Origin: Octopus sinensis
Taxonomy: Eukaryota
Length of the DNA stretch: 64,000 bases
Assembly (NCBI RefSeq): GCF_006345805.1
Contig: NC_043015.1
Location: forward strand, 28,458,001 to 28,522,000
Direction of reading: 5' to 3'
Shown here in pieces: positions 26,235 to 40,237 of this stretch. The translations under genes were made by a program, and so were the position numbers. The notes beneath the pieces are model-generated. The model had not been told where the DNA came from and searched no databases. It saw only the letters and a list, made by a program, of their open reading frames with translations. Position 1 is the first letter of the stretch. Each line of letters begins with the position of its first letter.

Positions 26235-27848
26235 TATAATATAAACTTCAATACAAATAACTGAAATTTAGAAGCTTTACCTGTTGGCCACAGAAACTGT
26301 ATAAATATTTAATGTTGGTTGGCTAACTAGCAACACTATTTACAGTTTTGAGAAAATGTTCAAATGTGTGAGGAGAGAAAAAAGAATTAAGAAAATACTT
26401 CATTAATACATAAACGAAGAATGCCTTAAGAGTTTATTCGTTAGATGAAGTGGTACATTGCGTGACTATTGATTAAATTAAGTTGCTTTAGGAATAACGA
26501 AGACAGAAAGAAGGGAAATGTGGTAAAGAATATGTTTTAAGATGTTAGGAATGAATACTTGATTAATATTTTATAAATAATGTTGTTTAATTTGATGATA
26601 TTTTGTGAAAATATAACTAGCAATCACACTTTAACAGACTTTGAGAATAATATGAGTCTGATGTGTTTAAATAATAGAATACTGTAAAATAAGCGATGAG
26701 TTTAAGAAAATATTTGAGACCATTGTCCAAGACAGTAGATTGGCAAAATCATTAGAACATTGGACAAAAAACCTTGCAGTATTTAGTAACTTATACTTAT
26801 ATTCTGAGTTCAAATCCCTCCAAGGCTGACTTTCTTTATTTTCCATTTGAGCTCAATAAAATGTTTGGATTGATTTCAGAAGTTGATATAATTCATTGTC
26901 ACTCCCTAATCAATAGGGTTCATCACATATTGATTGATAATTCATCATCATCATCATCATCATCATTTAACATCCGTTTTCCATGCTAGCATGGGTTGGA
27001 CGGTTCGACCGGGATCTGGAAAGCCAGGAGGCTGCACCAGGCTCCAGTCTGATCTGGCAGTGTTTCTACAGCTGGATGCCCTTCCTAACGCCAACCACTC
27101 CGTGAGTGTAGTGGGTGCTTTTTACGTGCCACCTGCACAGGTGCCAGGCGAGGCTGGCAATGGCCATGATTGGATTGGTGCATTTTACATGCCACCAGCA
27201 CGGAAGCCAGTCAAGGCGGCACTGGCATTGGCCACGTTCAGATGGTGCTTTTTATGTGCCACCAGCACAGGGATCACAACTGCAGTTTCCATTGATTTTT
27301 GATGTTGGTGTACTTGACTCAATGGATCTCCTCAAGCACAGGGTTGAAACGGTGTTTCTTTGATAATTGTGGATAATTGTGGTCAGGGAAGTGAAGTTTT
27401 TTTTTTGTATTGATTGTGAGATCAGTATGGATTAATAATAATACTTTCTGGCATAAGCACAAGTTCTGAAATTTGTGAGAGGTGGTCAGCTGATTCTATC
27501 AACCCTATTACTTAACTAGTAATTTATTGATGGTTGAATCAATAACTGAATGGAAATTTTTAAAAAATACAGTGTGAAATATAAAGAAAAATAAACGAAA
27601 CGAGAAATGAGGGAAGCTTTTAACAATGCAGAGATAAAGTTGAAAAATCTTTATATTTTGGGTGCAAAGGCCCATCTTCACAGTTGACTGTATCCTTTTG
27701 AAGATAGGTCTTTGCGCCCGAAATTACAGGTTTTTAAAACTTTCTGCATTATAAAGAAAAGTATTTTTTTTCCTTCTTAAAAAATTACTATTAAAAAAGT
27801 TTACTGAGAAGAGTTTGCAGGAATTATATAACCAAATTCTTGACTTAC

Positions 27849-27965
27849 TTTTTCATCTAAATCTGAAGTGGTTGAGGCAAGCTGAAGGTAAGCTGCAGCA
27901 ACAATTAGGGAACAGGTCTTCTGCTGTGTCATCGAATCCAGATCGGAAGAACACAGTGTTGTTAA
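27849..27965 (-). CDS. TEX11: TEX11 exon (0/0) LTTLCSSDLDSMTQQKTCSLIVAAAYLQLASTTSDLDEK
   Basis: ttgttacag / gtaagt; KTC.L..AA..L motif. Confidence 0.9.
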
Positions 27966-28508
27966 CTGTAACAAACAAACCGAGAAAATAACAATAAAAA
28001 CACAATTCAAAACTTGTATAAAATACACACGAATTATATTTGAATTATAAATCTATTTTTGATATATCTGTTACAAAATGTGTTTATATGGTATATTTTT
28101 TCAAGCCCATTCTTCCTATTTGCTGTTTAATTCATGTAAGGTCATAGCACTGACTACCTGTTGAGTTTTTGAGTGCTCTTGGTGATTAAAGATTTTGTTT
28201 AGATGAACAAGAATTGAACTGTCTTGGTTAATTGTCACCATTCTCGTTGTCCCTCCCACCACTGCCACCAATGCAACCATCGTTCCCTGTTTGTTGATGG
28301 GGCAAATGACAACAACATCACTGCTTTCAGAGAAGCACAAATGTAAACAAACACTAAGACATTCACACATGAGCACATACAAACATAGAGAGATACAGAT
28401 GCACATACATATACATACATAGATACATACAAACATACACACATGCCCATACATAGATAGATACATATGTACACACATGCATATACATTCTTACACATTG
28501 ATACATAT

Positions 28509-28551
<43 letters not shown>

Positions 28552-29088
28552 TACATAATGAAAAATCTATGAGAAAGATATAGGATATAATTTTTTTGTG
28601 TAGGGGTTCTTTGAGACATGTAATTTATTTTAAGGGTTATGCAAGGGTTAAAAGGTTGAGAAACACTGTTGCAACCCATAGAACACCAATTTTCTTTTGT
28701 CTACACAAAATTATTTTTCAGTATGTTTATAGCAGTCTAAGGCATTATAAACAACACAGGCGGTGAGCTGGCAGAAACGTTAGCACGCCGGGCGAAATGC
28801 GTAGCCGTATTTCATCTGCCGTTACGTTCTGAGTTCAAATTCCGCCGAGGTCGACTTTGCCTTTCATCCTTTCGGGGTCGATAAATTAAGTACCAGTTAC
28901 GCACTGGGGTCGATATCTGTCCTTGTTTGTCCCCTCTGTGTTTAGCCCCTTGTGGGTAGTAAAAGAAATAATTATAAACAACACATCAAAGTTATGTTGG
29001 GTGTGCTAATAATTAATGTTCTTATCAAATTGCTTATGAAAGTAACGATATAAAATTTTATGAAGCAGGTAAAAGCTTTAAATTTTAC

Positions 29089-29159
29089 CTTGTAACAAAT
29101 AATGAAGAAATCTCTTAAAAAATCTGGGGACTTTTCTGATTGAATTGCCAAATTCCAAG
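29089..29159 (-). CDS. TEX11: TEX11 exon (1/0) WNLAIQSEKSPDFLRDFFIICYK
   Basis: tcttgcag / gtaaaa; AWNLA.Q and R.FF motifs. Confidence 0.93.
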
Positions 29160-29232
29160 CTGCAAGAAACATTAATATAATACAATATCCCAACAAACAT
29201 ATAACTTGTTCTTCATTAAATTATAGATTTAA

Positions 29233-29451
29233 CCCTTTAGTGTTCAGATTACTCTGTTAAATGTAATACTTTTCCACTCAAATGTTTTGAATTAATCATG
29301 CATTATCTTATATCTTTGAGGTTTCAATGATGTGATTGTTTATATTTAGAATGACATTGACGGGTAGGTGTGAGAGGACAGATATTGCCAGTTTGAATAT
29401 AAAACATGTAGAATATCTGGGCCAGATATGGCCAGTTTAAACACTAAAGGG
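29233..29451. mobile_element. TTAA-flanked piggyBac-like MITE (second family)
   Basis: TTAA-CCCTTTAG...CTAAAGGG-TTAA; relatives at ~30083-30715 and ~42730-43428, each interrupted by a family A SINE. Confidence 0.75.
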
Positions 29452-31481
29452 TTAAAAACAGATGAAGGATGACAGAATGACCAAAATGTTCACTTCGCAA
29501 TTGTAAAGTCTCAGGCTCAATCCCACTCTACAGCACTTTTAATTTCAGGCTTCAATTGATCCAAGCTTTACATCTTAATATTTATTTCTTTACTACCCAC
29601 AAGGGGTTAAACACAGAGGGGACAAACAAGGACAGACAAAGGGATAAAGTCGACTATATTGACCCCAGTGTGTAAGAGGATGAAAGGCAAAGTTGACCTC
29701 GGCGGAATTTGAACTCGGAACTTAACGACAGACGAAACACGGCTACACATTTCGCCCGGCTAAACACCAAATGTCATATTTTATGCAAGATTTCAATATT
29801 TTGTTTCATTTATCAATTTGTGTTGCAGATTCCTGATGTGAAATCCTGTGTTGAAACAGATATTGTTGTATTTTGGGAGGGTCATTTTTTTTTACCAAAT
29901 AAACACACACACTATATATTTGTTCTTCACTTGCTTATTACTGTTCTTATCTTTTTTTTATTATCTTAACTCATGTCCATTGTCCGGAAATCCTTCGTCA
30001 CACATCTGTGACCTCTTCAGTGACACTTTTCATTTTCATGTGTGCTCTTGCTCCACTTACACCATTCTGTTCTATACAACTCTTAACTCTTTAGTATTTA
30101 AACCAGCCATATCAAGGCCAAAAAATCTACCAGTTCTATGTTCAAACCGGTCAGATCTGGCCTTTCATACCTTTTTCTTTTACTTGTTTCAGTCATTTGA
30201 CTGCGGCCATGCTGGAGCACCGCCTTTAGTTGAGCAAATCGACCCCGGGACTTATTCTTTGTAAGCCCAGTACTTATTCTATCTGTCCCTTTTGCCGAAC
30301 CGCTAAGTGACGGGGATGTAAACACACCAGCATCGGTTGTCAAGCAATGCTAGGGGGACAAACACAGACACACAAACACACACATGCATATATATATATA
30401 TACATATATACGACAGGCTTCTTTCAGTTTCCGTCTACCAAATCCACTCACAAGGCATTGGTCTGCCCGGGGCTAAAGCAGAAGACACTTGCCCAAGATG
30501 CCACGCAGTGGGACTGAACCCGGAACCATGTGGTTGGTTAGCAAGCTACTTACCACACAGCCACTCCTGCGCCTAACCTAACAATAACATTTTAAAACTA
30601 AACAATCACATCATTGAAATCTCAAAAGCTATACAATAATGCATGATTAATTCAAAACAATGTGAATAAGTAAGTATTACATTAGACAGAATAATCTGAA
30701 TTCTTAAGGGTTAAAAGATGTTTTTCTCAGGACTTCAGAGTTTGTAATTCTGTCCCTGTTGGTGATCTTGAGTATTCTGCATAGACACCATTGGTGGGAT
30801 GCATTTGACGTTTGAATGACCTCAGCAGTAATTTTCTAAGTTTCTCCTGCATAGATGGCTGTTGGCAGGACAATGGTCTGATACAGCAGGAGCTTCATAC
30901 AAGGAAAAAATCACAAACTCTGAAGGGCTGAGTTATACAAAGAACAGAAGTCTATATTGGTAGAAGGCAGCGAGCTGGTAGAAACGTTAGCACGCCGGGC
31001 GAAATTCGTAGCAGTATTTCGTCTGTCGTTACGTTCTGAGTTCAAATTCCGCCGAGGTCAACTTTGCCTTTCATCCTTTCGGGGTCGATAAATAAAGTAC
31101 CAGTTACACACTGGGGTCGATGTAATCGACTTAATCCCTTTGTCTGTCCTTGTTTGTCCCCTCTATGTTAAGCCCCTTGTGGGTAGTAAAGAAATATGTA
31201 CTTCATCTGCCGCTACGTTCTGAGTCCAAATTCCCCCAAGGTCGATTTTGCCTTTCATCCTTTCGGGGTCGATAAATAAAGTACCAGTTATGCACTGGGG
31301 TTGATATAATAATCGATTTAATCCGTTTGTCTGTCTTTGTTTGTCCCCTCTATGTTTAGCCCCTTGTGGGCAATAAAGAAATATATATATTACCTATAGG
31401 CTTTATACTGTATGGACCTTGTGCCTAAATCAGAGAGCACCATATAAATATATGGAACAATGCAAATGGAAACATATTTAC

Positions 31482-31580
31482 CGATTTTTGTGAACCAAGT
31501 TGCTTCCAGTTGGATGTTTACTTGCTGATTGTCTTGAGAACATTTTGTTGGGTTTGAGATTTCACTCAAAAATTTATAGG
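31482..31580 (-). CDS. TEX11: TEX11 exon (1/1) YKFLSEISN...LEATWFTKI
   Basis: ttttttcag / gtaaat; EA.WF.K motif. Confidence 0.88.
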
Positions 31581-31709
31581 CTGAAAAAAAAAACAAACAA
31601 AAAAAACAAAAACAATTATGATAAATATTTCTAATTTAGGTAAAAGGCCAGTAATTATGCGGGAAGTTTGTTATTTCATCTGACCCTCAAATGGATGAAA
31701 GGCAAAATT

Positions 31710-31825
31710 GGGAAAAATACCAAAAGTCGTTTTTCTGTGGGAAAAATACAGGTAGTCGTTTTTCTGTGGGAAAAATACTGAAAGTCGTTTTTCTGTGGGA
31801 AAAATACTGGAAGTCATTTTTCTGG
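31710..31825. repeat. 29-bp minisatellite, 4 units
   Basis: gggaaaaatac-N5-gtc(g/a)tttttctg(t/g). Confidence 0.85.
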
Positions 31826-32359
31826 AGCCCCTAATAATTATATACTAGTGATAGAAGCAATATTAATACTAAGAGGTAGATAGATATTACCTCCTTCACT
31901 TATTTATATCACAAGCAGGGAGATAAATCCTGGCTACCTCCAGTGTCAGGACCGCCAGATCATGTGATTTCGACCTTGTTTGGTCTTGTCAATGAAGAAC
32001 ACTCAGTTGCTTGAGGCAGTTACAGAAGTCAGGTCCAGGCTTCTGCCAGGCTGGCTCTTGTCGGACTGTCCCACTCATGCCAGCATGGAAGGTGGACATT
32101 AAATGATGATGAACACTAGGGTCTGACTTATCCCTCCCCCTAATTTTGCTGAATCTGTGCAAAAATTTGAAACCAACATTACAGATACAGGTGTCTTCTT
32201 TTACCTGTTTCTGACATTGAATTGCAACTATGATGAAGCAGGGTCTTGAAGGGCTTTAGTTGATCCATGAGACACCAGTACCTACTTATTTGAGTCTGGT
32301 ACATATTTTAGTTGGCTTTTATTTAATGAATTACTTATTTACACTTTGGACGTAAAGAG

Positions 32360-32690
32360 ACTCAACTCATGATACTTGTAAGAGGTAAGGACTCCCTTCG
32401 GTCATGGATGATCACAAAATTGCACCCAGAAAGTTCCCCTCCAAAGCACAAGTCTGGAAGGCCAGCAGTTGCCCATGCATACCAGTCTCCTCTCCATACC
32501 TCAGATGTTATCCAAGGGAAAGGCAAAGGCTGATACAGCTTGGCACCAGTGACATCGCAACTCATTTCTGTAGCTGAGTGAACTGGAGCAACGTGAAATA
32601 AAGTGTCTTGCTCAAGAACGCAACACGCAGTCTGGTTCAGAAATTGAACTCACTACCTCATGATTGTAAGCCTGATACTCTAACCACTGA
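32360..32690 (-). mobile_element. SINE family E (tRNA head plus CTTGAGCAAGACACTTTATTTCACG core)
   Basis: Head and core shared with 59503-59810; core shared with 16803-17030. Confidence 0.65.
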
Positions 32691-32727
32691 GATGACATTG
32701 ACACTGGTAAACAAACTCATATACTCG

Positions 32728-32774
<47 letters not shown>

Positions 32775-33469
32775 CTGATTATATATATATATATATAAAA
32801 TACAGTGTACATTTAAATACATGAGGAATCCACTCGTGAGATTCAACACGCTAGAAAGAACTGCTAGGTTCTATAACCACAAAATTAGGGATAAAATTCG
32901 ACAGGAACAAAATGAAAAAATAAAATCATTTTACCATCTAGTTTCCTGGACCAATTGATTCCTGATTTTAGTTTAGCAAGCAAATAATATATACTCGCTA
33001 GGTGAAATCGTCCTCAGCAGGAACACCTTGGGTTAAATATATAAACACAAGGTGATCAAACTATGTGCCACTTGTTTATACATCCTAATTTTCAAAATTA
33101 CATGATTCCATATATATATATATATATATATATACAAGCATATACAGTGGGCTTCCATACAGTCTCTGCCTGCCAAATCCCAGTTACAAAATATTAGTCA
33201 ACCTGAGGCCATGTTAAAAGATACATAGTGCTGCAGAGTGAGATAGAACCTGGAACCATGTAATTACAAAGTGAATTTCTTAACCGCTGTGCCACATGTT
33301 GGAATCTTTTACACTACTTGTTTAAACAATGTCTCTGACTATCTTAACGAGATAAAGTTATCTTTTAATGCTTTAGAAAACAAATTATATATATATATAT
33401 AGTATTAATGTTATTTGTTAAAAGCTTTAAAAAAATGTAAAAACAATAAAGAATTGAAATTCATGTTAC

Positions 33470-33507
33470 CTGTTCTCAGGTGTTCAAGAAGCCGAGACAA
33501 AGACTTC
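33470..33507 (-). CDS. TEX11: TEX11 38-nt exon (2/1) KSLSRLLEHLRT
   Basis: ttctccag / gtaaca; phases fit both neighbours. Confidence 0.8.
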
Positions 33508-33925
33508 CTGGAGAATGAGTGAAAAAAAAAATAATAAAACAAAATGTTAAGTGAAGAATTCAAAATTAAGAACAACATCAATAAGAAGTCAGACATGTTA
33601 TTTTGTGGAAATGAAGTGATTGAGTAAAACGTTAACAAAACAAACGGCTATTATTAGACTAGTCTTTTATTCAAGGCATGATTTACCTTTTATCTCTAAG
33701 GATTACTCTTTTACTCTTTTGTTTCAGTCATTTGACTGCGGCCATGCTGGAGCACCGCCTTTAATCGAGCAACTCGACCCCGGGACTTATTCTTTTTGTA
33801 AGCCCAGTACTTATTCTATTGGTCTCTTTTTGCCGAACTGCTAAGTTACGGGGACGTAAACACACCAGCATCGGTTGTCAAGCAATGCTAGGGGGACAAA
33901 CACAGACACACAAACACACACACAT

Positions 33926-33976
<51 letters not shown>

Positions 33977-34833
33977 TACGACAGGCTTCTTTCAGTTTCC
34001 GTTTACCAAATCCACTCACAAGGCATTGGTCGGCCCGGGGCTATAGCAGAAGACACTTGCCCAAGTTGCCACGCAGTGGGACTGAACCCGGAACCATGTG
34101 GTTGGTTAGCAAGCTACTTACCACACAGCCACTCCTGCGTAGCTTTATTCTTTACTAATAATCCTTTCCACTATAGGCACAAGGCCTGGAATAAATTTGG
34201 TAGGAGGGGAGCCAGTCGATTAGATTGACCCCAGTGCACAACTGGTACTTAATTTATCAACCCCGAAAGGATGAAAGGCAAAGTCGACCTCAAAGGAATT
34301 TGAACTTGGAACGTAAAGACAGACGAAATACCTATTTCTTTACTACTCACAAGGGACAAAACACAGAGAGGACAAACAAGGATAGATAAACGGATTAAGT
34401 CGATTACATCGATCCCAGTGCATAACTGGTACTTATTTAATCGACCCCGAAATGATGAAAGGCAAAGACAACCTCAGTGGAATTTGAACTCAGAACGTAA
34501 CGGCAGACGAAATACCTATTTCTTTACTACTCACAAGGGGCTAAACACAGAGAGGACAAACAAGGACAGGCACATGGATTAAGTCGATTACATCGACCCC
34601 AGTGCATAACTGGTACTTATTTAATCGACCCCGAAAGGATGAAAGGCAAAGTCGACCTCGGCGGAATTTATAACTCAGAATGTAGCGGCAGACGAAATAC
34701 CGCTCAGCATTTCGCCCGATGTGCTAACGATTCTGCCAGCTCACCGCATTACATATTGTTTCTAACAGTAACAAGGTACACCATTATGCAATCATTACGT
34801 ATTGTTACAAATAGTGACAAGGTACTCAAATAC

Positions 34834-34964
34834 CTGTCATTTTCATTATCGTTTGATAGCAGTAATCTAATGAGACATCGCAGTGCTGTTAGTGTCTCTG
34901 TTGACATGTGACTTCCTTTCAGAAATATTTCCAGTGCTGTTGCAGCCAAGTTTGTTTCGTCTTT
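34834..34964 (-). CDS. TEX11: TEX11 exon (0/2) KDETNLAATALEIFL...LTALRCLIRLLLSNDNEND
   Basis: ttacag / gtattt; ALE and LTA..CL.R.LL motifs. Confidence 0.9.
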
Positions 34965-35990
34965 CTGTAATTAACCAAAAAAATCAAAGTGTTGTAGTTT
35001 GCTTGAAGCATTGTAGTACAGAAGTAGAAAAAGAAAAGGAAAATAAAGGAAGCTTCTAACAATGCAGAAGTTATAAAAAGAAAAACCCTTTATATTTTGG
35101 GTACAAAGGCCTCTCTTCAGAAGGAAGCAGTCCAAGATATGTGTATTTACATTGATTTCATTTAAACTACTTGGCATTTATTAATGAATATAATTAACTA
35201 GTTAATTTATAGAAATCAATTAGAAAGGAAAATTCTTTATTTCATTTTTGCAATAATTTTAATGAGTTGAGAATTTCAAAAAGAGTTTTTCATAGGTTTT
35301 ATTCAGGAAGGAGCTGTGCCTTTGATTCTATTTAGAAAAATTGGTCAAATTGGAATGAGATGATTGGGCACAGCTGTTTGGAGGCTGGCCATCTGACATG
35401 GTTGACTAGATGTTGAACTTGTTTTGGTGAGAGTATATTTTGGCACTGGAGGTACACACACACACACAGAGAAACACACGTACAAAGAGAGAGAGAGGGA
35501 GTGGAGGTGACAGAAGAGAAGAGGAGTGGGAGGGAGAGCAAGAGAGAGAGAGAGAGAAAGACATTACAATTTATTAAAAATGATAACGTTGCTCTTTTCA
35601 AGCCTAGCCAGGCTCATGGGCCCGGTTTCCGTGGTATATGTGTTCCCCCCAGCTGGACAGGACACCAGTCCATCACAGCATTACTCAAGAAACAGGAAGA
35701 GAGAGTGAGAGAAAGTTGGGGCGAAAGAGTACAACAGGGGTCGCCACTATCCCCTGCCGGAGCCTCATGGAGATTTTAGGTGTTTTTGCTCAATAAACAC
35801 ACACAACGTCTGGTCTGGGAATTGAAACCGTGATCCTCTGACTGCGAGTCCGCTGCCCTAACCACTGGGCCATTGCGCCTCCACTACAATTTATTAGTTG
35901 AACATTATTGATATAAACACTTTCCCTTCTCCTCATACAAAAAGAGAAATATGCTCACACATGTAAAAAGAGATAGAGAGGTGGAGATAT

Positions 35991-36056
<66 letters not shown>

Positions 36057-36341
36057 TGAGGGAGGGATGGATGGATAGATGGATGGATAGATAGATAGAT
36101 AGATAGATAGATGGCTAGATAGATAGAGAGAGAGAAAGAGAGAAGAAGAAGAAGAAGAAGAAGAAGAAGAAGAGAAGAAGAAGAAGAAGAAGAAGAAGAA
36201 GAAGAAGAAGAAGAAGAGGAAGGGAGAAAACGGGAGAAACATTGAAATGTCTAATGTCAAATGGTCAGCAATGAATCAGTGGCACCAAATTGGCACAGCT
36301 AAAACAGCTGTGCAGAAATGTCACCCACCCTGGTCAATTAC

Positions 36342-36457
36342 CTCAAAAGCCATTTGAGCAGCAAGCCGTATCAACGCATCTGCAGTGAATGCTGAATTTT
36401 CATCATTATTGCTCTTATTCGAAGCATAATCACACATCTTCTGTAAGGCTTCTGATG
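36342..36457 (-). CDS. TEX11: TEX11 exon (1/0) SEALQKMCDY...LIRLAAQMAFE
   Basis: cttacacag / gtaatt; LAAQ.A.E motif. Confidence 0.9.
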
Positions 36458-38181
36458 CTGTGTAAGAGAAACAATCATTTGATTAAAAAAAAAAATGATA
36501 GCAAGATACAGGCGCATGAGTGGCTGTGTGGTAAGTAGCTTGCTTACCAACCACATGGTTCCAGGTTCAGTCCCACTGCGTGGCACCTTGGGCAAGTGTC
36601 TTCTACTATAGCCTTGGGCCGACCAAAGCCTTGTGAGGGGATTTGGTAGACGGAGACTGAAAGAAGCCCGTCGTATATATGTATATATATATATGTGTGT
36701 GTGCGTGTGTGTTTGTGTGTCTGTGTTTGCTTGACAACCGATGCTGGTGTGTTTATGTTCCCGTCACTTAGCGGTTCGGCAAAAAGAGACCGATAGAATA
36801 AGTACTGGGCTTACAAAGAACAAGTCCCGGGGTCGAGTTGTTCGACTAAAAGGCGGTGCTCCAGCATGGCCACAGTCAAATGACTGAAACAAGTAAAAGA
36901 GTAAAGAGTAAGCTACTGGAACGATGAATGTTGGTAGAGGTGTCAGCCTCTAAGGTTTAATCTACTTGCATCAATTCACCACAGGAATTTTATGATATCA
37001 CTGGTATTGATACTCATTCCTAGTTGTCTAGCTGGTAAGAAAATGGTACCATATTTTCTGGGAGAATCAAATGTTATTTTACATGCAGTTGGGGAAGGGG
37101 GGGGGGGCCTCCCTTTGTTATTATATTTACGTCATAGTATTAGTTTCCAATTTTGGCTTGCAAGTTACTTGGTGACCCTGCAGGTGCTGGTGTCACATGA
37201 AAAAAGCATCCAATTCAGACTTTGAAGTGGCTGGCATTTCGGAGGGCATCCAGCCGTAAAACAATGCCAAGACTGACTTCATCTGTGCTGGTGCCAGTAA
37301 TTCAGGGGTGAGGATAAGTTGATTATATCAACCCCAGTGGCGAGCTGGCAGAAATGTTAGCACGCCGGGCGAAATGCATAGCCGTATTTCGTCTGCTGTT
37401 ACGTTCTGGGTTCAAATTCCGCCGAGGTCGACTTTGCCTTTCATCCTTTCAGGGTTGATTAAATAAAGTACCAGTTACGCACTGGGGTTGATGTAATCGG
37501 CTTAATCCGTTTGTCTGTCCTTGTTTGTCCCCTCTATGTTTAGCCCCTTGTGGGTAGTAAAGAAATATATAATTAGTATTAGTTTCAAATTTTGGTACAA
37601 GGCCAGCAATTCAGGGGTGAGGATACATTGATTTTATCAACCCCAGTGTTTAACTGATACCTATTTAATCAATCCCGAAAGATGAAAGGCAAAGTTGACT
37701 ATGGCAGAATTTGAACTCAGAACATAAAGATTGATGAAATGCCACTAAGCATTTTGCCTGGTGTGCTAACAGTTCTGCCAGCTTGCCATCTTTACATCAT
37801 ACTTAGCACTGGCTTCAAGTTTTGCCATTAAGCCAGCAAGTTTGGGGGAGGGGCTAAGTTGATTACATTGACCCCAGTTCTCAACTGGTACTTATTTTAT
37901 TGCCTCCAAAAGGATGAAAGGCAAAGTTGACCACGGCAGAATTGAACTCAGAATGCTGTTAAGCATTTTGCCCAGTGTGCTTACAATTCTACCAACTTGC
38001 CGCCTTTATGTCATAATTGATATTAAGCATGTACAGAGTTCAAATTCCGCCGAGGTTAGAGTTAGGTGCTCCAGCATGGCCACAGTCGAATGACTGAAAC
38101 AAGTAAAAGAATAAAGAAAATGGTAAATAAAAAAAAGAAAAAAAAACAAGGAAAAGGATATCTTAAGTCTAGTTCACTCAC

Positions 38182-38284
38182 CAATATCTTGCTGTTTTTG
38201 TGTGAGAGCTAACTTGTAAATGATAAACTGAGTGTACGGGGATGTTGGATCATAACTCTCAGCTTTCGAAAGAGCATCTCTAGC
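38182..38284 (-). CDS. TEX11: TEX11 exon (0/1) ARDALSKAESYDPTSPYTQFIIYKLALTQKQQDI
   Basis: ttttctag / gtgagt; AE..DP....TQF.I.K.A motif. Confidence 0.92.
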
Positions 38285-38421
38285 CTAGAAAATAGGTTAT
38301 AAGTGAAAATGATAAATAACTATAACTTACAGAAATGATATAGAATATTGACTGAACTTTTTCGAAAGACTCAGGAATGATTTGTTATGAGAAGAACATT
38401 TCTGCCAAAATATATATATTT

Positions 38422-38615
38422 TGGTTGTATACTGTCAATCTAACGTGACAGTAGGGGATTACACCACTGCTTTTTAACCCTAGGAAGTATTGACACTTCC
38501 TGAAGAAAAAAAAAAAAAAAGTGCCAAAGCCATCAGGAAGCGTTCGATGCTTCCTAGGGCTAAACAGCGGTGGTGTAATCCCCTACTGTCACGTTAGATT
38601 GACAGTATACAACCA
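38422..38615. repeat. Fold-back/MITE-like inverted repeat with ~70-bp arms
   Basis: tggttgtatactgtcaatctaacgtgacagtagggg...cccctactgtcacgttagattgacagtatacaacca. Confidence 0.85.
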
Positions 38616-40186
38616 TTCTATCGCCCCACCACCGTACATATCTCTATGAGAGATTTAGAAATTTAATATTTCTGATATATATATTTTATATATATTTTAT
38701 ATATATATAAAATACAAAATGGGACAAGAACACAAAACATCCGGACAACTAGGTGATACAAAAAGGGACAACAAAACATCCAGATAGACGATACAAAAAA
38801 ACAAGGACAAAATTTCATAGAAATACAATCAACAATTGATTATTGCAATTTTTCTCTATTGTTAATGTATTTTGAAAAAACATGGGTAATAAAAAGAAGA
38901 AACTTTCAGATCAATTCTATTTTACCATTTTTACCCCCCTGCCTTTAGCCCTCCAACGCGGAGTACAGGCCACTTATAGTTGAATTCCATGTGGCATAAT
39001 TTTTCGCTTCTGTACTTATATTCTGCCAAGAATGTCCCCCTTTCTCTAGTTCCCTTTGTGTTGATCTATGCCACGAGTTTTTAGGCCTACCTCTCTTTCT
39101 ATATTTTATATATTTTACCATTCATCATCATCATCATCATTATCATCATCGTTTAACGTCCGTTCTCCATGCTAGCATGGGTTGGATGGTTCAACTGGGG
39201 TCTGGGAAGCCCGAAGGCTGCACCAGGCCAGTCAGATCTGGCAGTGTTTCTACAGCTGGATGCCCTTCCTAACGCCAATCACTCCGTGAGTGTAGTGGGT
39301 GCTTTTTACGTGCCACTGACACAGGTGCCAGACGAGGCTGGTGAACGGCCACGCTCGGATGGTGCTTTTTACGTGCCACCGGTACGGAGGCCAAGCGAGG
39401 TTGGCAACAGCCACGATCGGATGGTGTTTGTTACCTGCCACCGGCATGGAGGCCAGTCGATGCGGCGCTGGCTACGGCCACGTTCGGACGGTTCTCTTAC
39501 GTGCCACCAGCACTGGTATCACAAACTACAAATTCCATTGATGTTGATCGATTTCGATTTACCATTATTACTACAATACTGTCATTTTTGAATTTCCCTA
39601 CGCTGTTGTGTTCTTATCTAACCTCATTCGAAGTCCGGCCCCGGCCCCCACCACTCTCTCATGCCTAATCTTATTCTTTTTGCATCTTCTTTTCGAAATC
39701 CGTAAAATACTTTACAAGTTTATCCCAACCCCCATCACCATCACTATTGCTGCTACTAACACCCCCACTGTTGCTGTCACACCCTAACCTTTCATAATCT
39801 AACACAGGATAACCTCCTCCAATGCCCCGTCCCCTCTCAAAATTCCTTGGCTTGCAAGTTATTTGGTGACCCCTGCCGGTGCTGGTGCCACATAAAAAAA
39901 GCATCCAGTTCAGACTTTGAAGTGGTTGGCATTTGGAAGGGCATCCAGCTGAAAAACCATGCCAAAACTGACTTCACCTGTACTGGTGCTATGTAAAAAG
40001 CGCTCAGTCCACCCTGTAGGGTGGTTGGTGTTAGGAAGGGCATCCAGCTGTAAAAACCATGCCAAAACAGACTCAGTAGCCTGGTGTAGTCTTCTACCTG
40101 GCCAACACCTGTCAAACTCTTCCACCCATGCCAGTATGGAAAGTGGATGTTAAACGATGATGATGATGATGATGATGCTGATGATA

Positions 40187-40237
<51 letters not shown>

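Noticed and set aside
28116-28478. Minus-strand ORF SSDVVVICPINKQG... between two TEX11 exons
   Set aside because: The flanking exons join in phase 0 and are contiguous in the homologue; candidate acceptors give phase 2 and there is no motif
31710-31825. CRISPR-like repeat-spacer look
   Set aside because: Eukaryotic intron, variable part only 5 nt, no cas genes
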